A stretch of DNA of 64,000 nt, taken from NCBI GenBank assembly GCA_965115815.1, contig OZ220465.1, positions 2,798,222 through 2,862,221 on the forward strand. Direction: 5' to 3'. The translations under genes and the position numbers were made by a program. Numbering within the stretch: position 1 is the stretch's first letter; the number at the start of each line of letters is the position of its first letter. The notes beneath the pieces are model-generated. The model worked only from the letters and a program-made list of their open reading frames with translations, ran no database searches and was not told where the DNA came from. Shown here piece by piece: positions 11,963-19,534 of the stretch. Source of the DNA: Alphaproteobacteria bacterium (GTDB lineage Bacteria; Pseudomonadota; Alphaproteobacteria; TMED109).

Positions 11963-12997
11963 TCATACATGATCGCCGTCGGCGTTTCGGAGAGGCGGGC
12001 CGAGGATGATGTCGGCCTCCGGCTGAAACGCATGGAACACGAACGCGAAGGTGACGTGGTGGGGAACGTCCTCCGGCGGATCGTCCTTCGTCTGTACGGT
12101 GATGTTTCCGACGTCCCGTCCCGTTGCCACCGTGCCGGTGTTGAGGGCGGAAGCTTGGCCCGGTTCCCAGCTGATGACGAAATCGCCCGCATCCACGGTC
12201 CGGTTGGCGCGCAGGTATCCGAAGCTCCAAGCTCGATCCCCGATGGCCACCACGCGTTCAAGCGGGGCAATCCCCTCCGGCAGTTCGCCGTCATAGAGAA
12301 ACGGAACAGACCGGGTGTCGTAGCCGACGTACGGGTTGAGGCCGTACCGTCTCAATTGGGGATCATTCGGAATCAGAACCTGTCCGTCCGGGTGCCGTTT
12401 GCGGAACCGTTCCCACGAGGTCAGCCGTGACGGCAGCAGGGTGAGGGCTTGGCCGGTGAGGGCGCCGACAATGGCCTCGCCGGTGTACTGCTGCCACCAG
12501 CTTTCGGTTTGTCGGTCGTACATTACCAAGTCGGAGTTTCGAAGATTGCCCGTGGTACCGAAGTCGAGAACCTGATCTCCGAGGCGGCGGTCGAACACGA
12601 GGGCAGCGTTGCACAGTGGGCAGTAGGTCACCGCAACCGGGATTCCTCCTACCGTGTCGTTGACGATTTCGTGCCACATCAGGATGCGGAGCGGGTAGGC
12701 CCGTGCGTCCCCGTCAATGTTGATGCCGATGACCGGCTCCATGCGCGCCAGATCGACTGCTGCCGACAGGGGGATGAACGCCGGGTTGTCGATGGACGGA
12801 ATGCCGTCCCGAGGGGGCCCGCCGGACCGAATGGAACGAAGGTCGATGGCATGGCTGGAGAAGTCGGTTTCCGGCCAAGCGTATTTCCACCGCTCCGGGT
12901 CGGCGGCCGCCGAACTGGCAATCAGCAGCGCAAGAGCGGCGGCCGGGAGGCTTGGCCTGCCGGGGCGCAACGGGCGGATTCTCGTTCCATGTGACAT
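11963..12997 (-). CDS. DUF3179 domain-containing protein
   Basis: GIPSIDNPAF, YPLRILMWHEIVNDTVGGIPVAVTYCPLCNAALVFDR and FGTTGNLRNSDLVMYDRQTESWWQQ are hallmark DUF3179 motifs. Signal peptide present. Confidence 0.85.
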   Translation of the reverse strand: MSHGTRIRPLRPGRPSLPAAALALLIASSAAADPERWKYAWPETDFSSHAIDLRSIRSGGPPRDGIPSIDNPAFIPLSAAVDLARMEPVIGINIDGDARAYPLRILMWHEIVNDTVGGIPVAVTYCPLCNAALVFDRRLGDQVLDFGTTGNLRNSDLVMYDRQTESWWQQYTGEAIVGALTGQALTLLPSRLTSWERFRKRHPDGQVLIPNDPQLRRYGLNPYVGYDTRSVPFLYDGELPEGIAPLERVVAIGDRAWSFGYLRANRTVDAGDFVISWEPGQASALNTGTVATGRDVGNITVQTKDDPPEDVPHHVTFAFVFHAFQPEADIILGPPLRNADGDHV

Positions 12998-13126
12998 GAG
13001 GTATGGGTCTCGGGGCGGGATTTCGGAGGCAGGGAGGGCTAGTGAACTAGGGCGGCTGGAAATCTCCGGGAATCTGTCGTAGAATAGGGATTGTGGATGG
13101 TGCGCAACCCCTTAGGGACGGAAGCG

Positions 13127-13732
13127 ATGCTCGGGCCTGACGTCAATATTGGTCGTCGTCGGCTGATTCGGGACGGGGCGGCGTTGCTCTGCGGCTCGGC
13201 GCTCTCGCTGGTTCCGGCAGCAGCCCGGTCTCGGGAACCCTGTGCGAACGGCAGGGAGCGGAAGACGGCGATGCAGACCACGGGACCCTTTCATCGGTCC
13301 GGGGCTCCGTTCCGCGAGGATCTGCGCAGGGACGGGCCGAACGGCCACGATCTCACCGTGCGCGGCCGGGTGATCGACGTTGCCTGCCGGCCCGTGGAGG
13401 GTGCCGTCCTTGATATCTGGCAAGCGGATCCGGACGGGGTCTACGACATGGAGGGGTTCGGGTTCCGGGGCCGGATTCGCACCGATGCCGAAGGTAGGTA
13501 CATGTTCGTGACACTGAAACCGGGTTCCTACGGATCCGGGTTTGTGCGAACGCCGCACATCCATGTCTGGATTCAGGCGGTTGGTTTCCGGCCGCTCACG
13601 ACACAGATCTACTTCCCCGAGGAAAACCTGAATGCTCAGGATGCACTGTACCGCCCGGACCTGACCATGAGCGTGTCCAAGGGATATGCGGGCCTGTCGG
13701 CGGTGTTCAGTTTCGTGCTGGAGCCGGATTGA
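13127..13732 (+). CDS. intradiol ring-cleavage dioxygenase-like protein (Tat-exported)
   Basis: Tat motif GRRRLIRDGAALL. ..VEGAVLDIWQADPDGVYD..GRIRTDAEGRYMFVTLKPGSY..RTPHIHVW.. is a dioxygenase C-terminal fold. Start could also be 13091. Confidence 0.8.
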   Translation: MLGPDVNIGRRRLIRDGAALLCGSALSLVPAAARSREPCANGRERKTAMQTTGPFHRSGAPFREDLRRDGPNGHDLTVRGRVIDVACRPVEGAVLDIWQADPDGVYDMEGFGFRGRIRTDAEGRYMFVTLKPGSYGSGFVRTPHIHVWIQAVGFRPLTTQIYFPEENLNAQDALYRPDLTMSVSKGYAGLSAVFSFVLEPD

Positions 13733-13917
13733 AGCCCGGAACACCTGAACCGACACCTCTGGACCGTTCCGGCCGGCATCGAATGGCAGGGAGCCGAGCT
13801 CTCCCGCCTGATTCGCCTGAACGTCCAAGGGTTGCGTGCGCAGCGGCAGGCAGGCCGGGCCCGGGATGTCGAGATTCGTCCGTGCCGTGGTCGCAGTGCG
13901 TTACGGGCCTGAGAGCC

Positions 13918-14104
13918 TAAGAGTTTGTTCCTAAAGTCGCGGATAACCCCAAAAATCTGCTTGGTGACGGCCGAAGTACCGTCACCAAGCAGATTTGGGC
14001 GGAGGTCGCGCTGCCTCGGAGCCATGATACCCTCCATCTGTGGGTCGTAGCTTGATGAAATACCATGGATTGGGGCCACCAGCGACTTTAGGAACAAACT
14101 CTTA
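13918..14104. mobile_element. MITE-3 (187 bp, 25-bp TIR TAAGAGTTTGTTCCTAAAGTCGC)
   Basis: Perfect TIRs. 6-bp direct repeat AGAGCC (13912-13917 / 14105-14110). Internal 18-bp perfect hairpin AAATCTGCTTGGTGACGG/CCGTCACCAAGCAGATTT. Only one copy in the window. Confidence 0.65.
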
Positions 14105-14191
14105 AGAGCCTGTGCGGAAACTATTGAGCGGCCCCGATTCTGGTATCTGCGACGTGGCTGGAGAGTACATCGGGATCAGACAAGCGGAACC

Positions 14192-15705
14192 TGTCAACGC
14201 CGTTGAGACAGCAAGGGTTGTCATGTACTGAGCATCTCCCACGGTAGGGGTGGCCTTCGGCGGGTGGATCCAGACCGTTTCGGGGAGCGCCCGCGGTTTC
14301 GGTTTCCCCTGGACGAACCGTTCCGGGTGCCGGCCCCAAGCTTGGCTCAAGGTGCGCCGGCGTTGCTCAATCCGCTGCCGGGCGCGGCCGTGGTGGACAT
14401 CGTCGGGGGGGGAGCATCGCGAGGTCCGCATGGTGATGCTCCGTGTGGTACCAGGGGAAGAAGGATCGACCGAAGTCGATGGCAGCGGGCAGATCCGGGA
14501 AGCGCCCGGGGCACCCGGGGTGGTACTTCAAGGTCTTGAACTGTGCCTCCGAGAAGGGGTGGTCGTCGCGGACCTTGGGGCGGCTGAGCGAGCGGATGAT
14601 ACCGAGCTGGGCGAGGAGTTGCGCGGTGCACGGGCGGGTCATGGGGGCGCCGCGGTCGGAGTGCAGGGTCCGCACCCGGGGCTGGATCCCTTGCTTGAGA
14701 CACGATTCCTCGATCAGCCGGCTGGCCAGTGCCGCGCTCTCGCGTTCGGCGACCCTCCATCCCACCACGTAGCAGCTGAAGAGATCAAGCAGCACATAGA
14801 GGTAGAAGGAAGACCCGGTCTTCGGCCCGAGCAGCCGTGTACTGTCCCAAGACCAGACTTGGTTCGGGGCGCGGGCGACGAGTTCGGGCTTGGCATAGCG
14901 TGGGTGGGTGAGCGGGTTGCGCCGTTCCCGCACCGGCTGCCGGGCGGAAAGGATGCGGTACCTCGTGCGCTCCGAGCACAGGTACCATCCTTCGTCGAGC
15001 AGCGCGGCCACGACCTCGGCCGGGGAACGATCGACGAAACGCGGGGAGGCGAGCCGGTCGAGGACCTGCTCCCGCTCCCCCTCGCTCCGGGCCCGGGCGG
15101 GCGTCGCACGGGGCTGCGGATGCCCGGGAACGGGCCTCCGGCGGCGGTAGAACGGGGCCCGGGACACCCCCAGCGCCCGACCGGCCGGCGCGATGCCGAC
15201 CTGCCGAGCGAGGGAAGTGGTGGCTATCCGCAGTCCTTCCCGTCGCGGAGGCTGAATCCCAGCAGCCCGGCAACGTTTCCCTGAACTTCGAGAATCGTAG
15301 GGGCCGTGGCCAGCTCCTTCTCCAGCCGCGCCACCTGGGCCTCGAGCCGGCGAACCTGGGCGCCGAGGGGGGTGGGACGGCGCCGGCTTGGGACCGCGCT
15401 TGCGTGGCGTCAGGCCCTGCAACGCTCCCCGGCGGCGGGCCCTTGCGCCACGTCGACAGATGCGAGCGGTACAGCCCCTCGCGACGCAGCAGGCGGCCGA
15501 TCTCGCCCGGCTCGCGACCGCGGTCCGCTTCCTCGACCATCCGCAGTCGATACTCGGCCGAGAACCGACGGCGGGTCGGCTTGGCGAGAACCTCCGGGTC
15601 CGGAGCGCGCCGAGTCGGCGGGGTCTCGGCCCTGGGGGGCGCGCCCCCAGGGCCGGCGTGGCGAGGGTACACCCCCCTGCCCACATTCGGGTCTGCCTTC
15701 ATCAT
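14192..15705 (-). pseudogene. IS3-family transposase orfA/orfB, multiple frame changes
   Basis: orfA MMKADPNV..RRRFSAEYRLRMVEEADRGREPGEIGRLLRREGLYRSHLSTWRK. orfB integrase core ..NQVWSWDSTRLLGPKTGSSFYLYVLLDLFSCYVVGW..LHSDRGAPMT. The reading shifts between three frames. Confidence 0.75.
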
Positions 15706-15731
15706 GGTTCCTCTCTGCCGCCCTCTAATTC

Positions 15732-15924
15732 GTGTCTGCACGGAAAATCACAACACATTGTATATGCAACCATATCTGGAATCTGGAGAACCGAAGATTC
15801 CTTCTTTGAGAGCATATGACGACATATTCCGCTGAAATCAGGCTGGATTCGATGAATCTTCGCCTTGTCAATATTGGGCTTTCATTCATGTAATCAGACT
15901 CTTAGGGATTTTCCGTGCAGACAC
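15732..15924. mobile_element. MITE-4 (193 bp, AT-rich, TIR GTGTCTGCACGGAAAATC)
   Basis: 18-bp TIRs flanked by a 6-bp duplication TAATTC (15726-15731 / 15925-15930). It sits between the IS3-1 end and orfA. Visibly much lower GC than its surroundings. Confidence 0.65.
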
Positions 15925-16079
15925 TAATTCCCAGGGTAGTCGGTGTCTCAGCGATGTTGGCAGAGAGGGAAGCCCATTCCACATCTGTCAGATTGCTTTC
16001 GAAGCGGTCTCTCCGACGCCGATACTTTGCACGAGCGGCCAGAATCGGGCCCGCTCAATAGTTTCCGTACAGGCTCTGA

Positions 16080-16263
16080 AAGCCTCGGCACCCCGGATCA
16101 TCGTCTTTTCGGTGCTCATTAGCCCCACCCATCCGCACCGCTGCCGACGCTTCGCCTGCCCCTCACGGGAACCGACGCACGGCTCGCGGAGAAACGCGGT
16201 TTGGTTCCTCCTTCGTTCTAGGGAACTTTCACCCCCTGTCTTCTGCCCGTTCGCCTGGCACAC
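16080..16263 (-). mobile_element. ORF-less group II intron, 5' part (copy I-c), truncated at MITE-1
   Basis: Reverse complement starts GTGTGCCAGGCGAACGGGCAGAAGACAGGGGGTGAAAG.. and is collinear with 9197-9204 + 10059-10250 of copy I-b. It breaks at the same intron position as copy I-a. Confidence 0.6.
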
Positions 16264-16317
16264 CAGATCCGGACGGGCCCGCATTCGGGCATCCGGTTCC
16301 GTACAGGACAGGTTCGC

Positions 16318-16639
16318 TCAAGCGGTCCCGTAGCCGTGCACGATCTTGGCCGCAGGCAGGGGCAAGCGGCGAAGCAGCGCGGCCATCGGGTCCCAGTTCA
16401 CCCGGGCCGAACGACTGCGCCGCGACCACCACGTTCGCCAGATTCGGATCACCTGATGGCGGAAGCTGGCAATTCGGGCACGGTTCCCGCTCCGGCCGTA
16501 GTAGGCGCAATGGCCTCGTAGGACCCGAGCGAGATCGTTGCGCGGGTAGAGCAAGGGCGCGTGTCGATGCCGTCGGCACCACTCCCGCACCGCTTGCAGC
16601 GCCCGTGCCAGGCACCCCTTGGCCGTGTGCTGGCGCAGC
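16318..16639 (-). pseudogene. group II intron IEP, C-terminal maturase (X) segment
   Basis: ..QHTAKGCLARALQAVREWCRRHRH..LRGHCAYYGRSGN..WRTWWSRRS..LPLPAAKIVHGY. Continues seamlessly from 19230 once IS A and one TSD copy are removed. Confidence 0.8.
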
Positions 16640-19221
16640 CTGCCCATTAGTCACAAAAGCTGTCATTACAAGTGAATTGAGGGGCGTGTTCCCGCGAACG
16701 CAGCGGCCCATTTCCGACACGCCCGGCGATCGTGCGGACCGAATGCTTGACAAGGCTCGCGCACCCTGGCAGGGTGTGCATCATCATGGACTACACTCCC
16801 CTGCCGATCCGGCCCACCTTGGATCAGCCCGAGGCCTTGGCCCGGCTGCAGCCGATCCTGGATCGCTCGTCGAGCCGCTGGGCGGCGACCCGCGCCACCT
16901 GTGCCGCGTTCGCGCTGCGCGATGGACGCGGACATCTGCGCCTGCAGAGCTGCCTGTCGGCACTGGAAGCCCTGGACCGGGCCGGGCGCATCCGGCTGCC
17001 GCCGGCGCGTCCGGGGCCGTCGCACTGGGCCCCGCGCACGGATCCCCGGACGCGGCCGGTGCCGCCGGTGCCGGAGGTTCCGGGCCAAGCGGGGCAGATC
17101 CCCGACCTTGCGGTGTCGCCGGTGACCGACCGCGCCGGCCAGCGCGGGTGGGGGGCGATGATGGCCCGGGAGCATCCTCTCGGGCCGGTGCGGGCGGCCG
17201 GCTCGCAGATCCGCTACTTCCTGACCTCGGGCGAGGGGATTCTCGGCGGCTTCCTGTGTGCGGCGCCGACCCGGGTGCAGGCGGCGCGCGATCGCTGGAT
17301 CGGCTGGACCCCGGCGCAGTGTGCGGCGGGGCGGCACCGGATCGTCGGCCTGGCGCGCTTCCTGATCCGGCCGGCTCTCGGGCGCTGCCGCAACCTCGCC
17401 TCCCGGGCGCTCGGTCTGTGCCTGCGCCGGGTGGTCGGGGACTACGAGGCTCTCTACGGTCTGCGTCCGGTGCTCATCGAAACGTATGTCGGTCCCGAGC
17501 ACGACGGTACCAGCTGCCGGGCGACCGGATGGATCCGGGTCGGGCAGACGGCCGGTCGCGACCGTCATCGCCGGCCGGTGCCGGCCAAGCAGGTCTGGAT
17601 GCGCCCGCTGTGTGCCGACTGGCGTCGGCACTTGGGGGCCCGGGTGGAGCCGCTGACGCCGTGGGCGGGTCTGGACAGTACCCGATGGGCCGAGCAGGAA
17701 CTGGCCGGAGCGGACTTCGGCGATGTCCGGCTGAGCCGGCGTCTCGTATCCTCGGCGGCCCGGCTGGCGCAGACACCCTCGAAGACCTTCGTGACCGCAG
17801 CCCGGGGAGAAGCAGCGATGGTGACCGGCTACTACCGTCTGATGGAACACCCCGATGCCGTCGCCGTCTCGGCGCAGGCGATCCTCGCCCCGCATCGCAA
17901 GCGGACCCGTCAGCGGATCCAGGGACAGAAAACGGTGCTGCTGATCCAGGACGGCTCCGACCTCAACCTGGCGACGCACCAAGCCTGCGACGGTCTCGGC
18001 GTGATCGCCCGCAACCGGGGCTCCCGGGGCACGCTCGGGCTGCACCTGCACACGACCCTCGCCGTCGCGGCGGACGGCATCCCGCTGGGGGTGCCGCGGA
18101 TCGAGTTCGATGCGCCGCCGCCCGAGGGCGCCGCCGCCGACGACCGTGACCCCAAGACCCGGCGCTGGGTCCGGGGGCTGGAAGACAGCGCCGCCCTGAT
18201 CGACGGATTGCACGAGGTTCGGGCCGTGGCCGTCATGGACCGCGAAGGCGATGCCTTCGAGGTCCTGGAGGCCTGGCGACGCCTGGAAGGGCGGATCCAC
18301 ATCCTCGTGCGGGCCCGCCACGACCGCAGTCTCGGCCCGGGACGGTTGAAGCTGTTCGAACGCATGCGCCGGCAGCCGGTCCGGGAGTCCGGGACGGTAT
18401 CGGTGCCGCGGTGGTCGGTACGGCGGGCGACGGGATCGCAGTCGGCCTTCCTCGGACGGGCCGCGCGCACCGCTCCCTACGCCCTGCGCTGGAAGAGCCT
18501 CGAGATCCCGGTTCCCGAAGGACGTGCCGAACCGGGCGCGCGGGCGATCCGCCTGTCGCTGGTCCAGGTCCGGGAAACCGCCGATCCCGAGGATGGAGCG
18601 AAGCCGCTGGAATGGCTGCTCCTGACCTCGCTGCCCGTGCGCGATGCCGGTCAGGCCCGGGAGGTGGTGGGCTTCTACGAGCGGCGCGGGCGCATCGAGG
18701 AGTTCTTCCGCATCCTCAAGTCCGGCTGCGATGGGGAGACGGGAGCCCATCGCACGCGGGAACGCGTCGAACGGGCCGTCGCCCTGCGCGCCGTCCTCGC
18801 CTGGAGACTGTCGGTCCTGGCCCTGCTCGGGCGCGAGACGCCGGGGCTCGAACCCGGGGTGCTGTTCTCCGAGGCCGAGCTGGCGGTGCTCGCGGACTTT
18901 GCCCGGCAGCGCCGCCTGCAGGCGCCCGACCACCTCGGCGCCGCCATCCTTCTCCTGGCCCGCATGGGCGGGTACCTCCAGCGCCGGCACGACGCACCGC
19001 CCGGAGCTCACGTGGTCTGGGAAGGATACGGCCATCTCGCACTCGGCGCCGACATCGTCGAGCGGGCCCGACAGGTCGGCCACCAGAGCGAAGTGAAACG
19101 CTGGATCTCGGGCTGAAAGCCCGGCCAAGGCGTATCGACCCACACCTTTCGCAGACTCACGGCACCTTCGATATGCAGGAACAGCGCCCTTGTCATGACA
19201 GGATTTGTGACTAATGAGCAG
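16640..19221 (+). mobile_element. IS4-family (Tn5-like) insertion sequence A
   Basis: IRs CTGCCCATTAGTCACAAAAGCTGTCAT / CTGCTCATTAGTCACAAATCCTGTCAT (reverse-complemented). 8-bp TSD GGCGCAGC (16632-16639 / 19222-19229). Confidence 0.9.
16786..19116 (+). CDS. DUF4338-domain + Tn5-like IS4-family DDE transposase (apparently intact)
   Basis: N-terminal ..RDRWIGW..RFLIRP..CRNLASRAL..PVLIETYVGPEHDGTSCRATGWIRVGQTAGR (DUF4338). Then a Tn5-type N-domain, LLIQDGSDL, AVMDREGD and the signature YERRGRIEEFFRILKSGC. Confidence 0.9.
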   Translation: MDYTPLPIRPTLDQPEALARLQPILDRSSSRWAATRATCAAFALRDGRGHLRLQSCLSALEALDRAGRIRLPPARPGPSHWAPRTDPRTRPVPPVPEVPGQAGQIPDLAVSPVTDRAGQRGWGAMMAREHPLGPVRAAGSQIRYFLTSGEGILGGFLCAAPTRVQAARDRWIGWTPAQCAAGRHRIVGLARFLIRPALGRCRNLASRALGLCLRRVVGDYEALYGLRPVLIETYVGPEHDGTSCRATGWIRVGQTAGRDRHRRPVPAKQVWMRPLCADWRRHLGARVEPLTPWAGLDSTRWAEQELAGADFGDVRLSRRLVSSAARLAQTPSKTFVTAARGEAAMVTGYYRLMEHPDAVAVSAQAILAPHRKRTRQRIQGQKTVLLIQDGSDLNLATHQACDGLGVIARNRGSRGTLGLHLHTTLAVAADGIPLGVPRIEFDAPPPEGAAADDRDPKTRRWVRGLEDSAALIDGLHEVRAVAVMDREGDAFEVLEAWRRLEGRIHILVRARHDRSLGPGRLKLFERMRRQPVRESGTVSVPRWSVRRATGSQSAFLGRAARTAPYALRWKSLEIPVPEGRAEPGARAIRLSLVQVRETADPEDGAKPLEWLLLTSLPVRDAGQAREVVGFYERRGRIEEFFRILKSGCDGETGAHRTRERVERAVALRAVLAWRLSVLALLGRETPGLEPGVLFSEAELAVLADFARQRRLQAPDHLGAAILLLARMGGYLQRRHDAPPGAHVVWEGYGHLALGADIVERARQVGHQSEVKRWISG

Positions 19222-19482
19222 GGCGCAGCACCGCATGCTTCCATCTCGACCGCACCCAAACATGGGTGAAGCCCAGGAAGTCGAAGGTGGCGCCCACTCC
19301 CGGATCCGGGGGCAGCTTGGCCCGAACGTCAACGGAACGTGTCTTCTCTGCGTGCAGCCTCAGCCCGAACCGGGCCAAGCGCTGGCCGAGGACGGCCAGC
19401 ACCCACTCGCAGTCCCGCTGATGCTCGAAGAGCAACGCGAAATCGTCCGCATACCGCACCCGTTGGCACCGGCCCCGGAGGC
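19222..19482 (-). pseudogene. group II intron IEP, RT palm/thumb segment
   Basis: ..GRCQRVRYADDFALLFEHQRDCEWVLAVLGQRLARFGLRLHAEKTRSVD..FDFLGFTHVW.. (YADD catalytic motif). Confidence 0.8.
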
Positions 19483-19534
19483 CTTTCATGCCGCCACACT
19501 TGACGTGCATCGGTCCGTCCGTCATGGTGACGGC

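Larger units (their letters stand above)
14186..15969 (-). mobile_element. IS3-family insertion sequence (IS3-1), boundaries approximate
   Basis: Imperfect IRs TGTCAACGCCGTTGAGACAGC (14192) / TGCCAACATCGCTGAGACACC (reverse-complemented, 15962). Inserted in the centre of MITE-1 copy 2. Carries MITE-4 in its leader. Confidence 0.8.
13913..16076 (-). mobile_element. MITE-1 copy 2, disrupted by MITE-3 and by an IS3-family element
   Basis: Right half (reverse-complemented) at 13913-13917 + 14105-14185. Left half at 15971-16076. Flanking triplets are TGA/TGA. Confidence 0.7.

Noticed and set aside
13906-16079. Matching TGA triplets on both sides of MITE-1 copy 2 as proof of an undisturbed insertion
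   Set aside because: All MITE-1 copies use T(G/C)A targets, so a match is expected by chance. The two flanks themselves are unrelated: one is intergenic and the other is an intron 5' half.
16666-19332. 888-aa minus-strand ORF, plus similar ones at 48442..50499 (-), 51256..53289 (+), 47330..49267 (-) and 6058..8244 (+)
   Set aside because: They lie antisense to recognisable transposase or oxidoreductase genes. They are low-complexity Arg/Pro/Gly-rich translations with no motifs.
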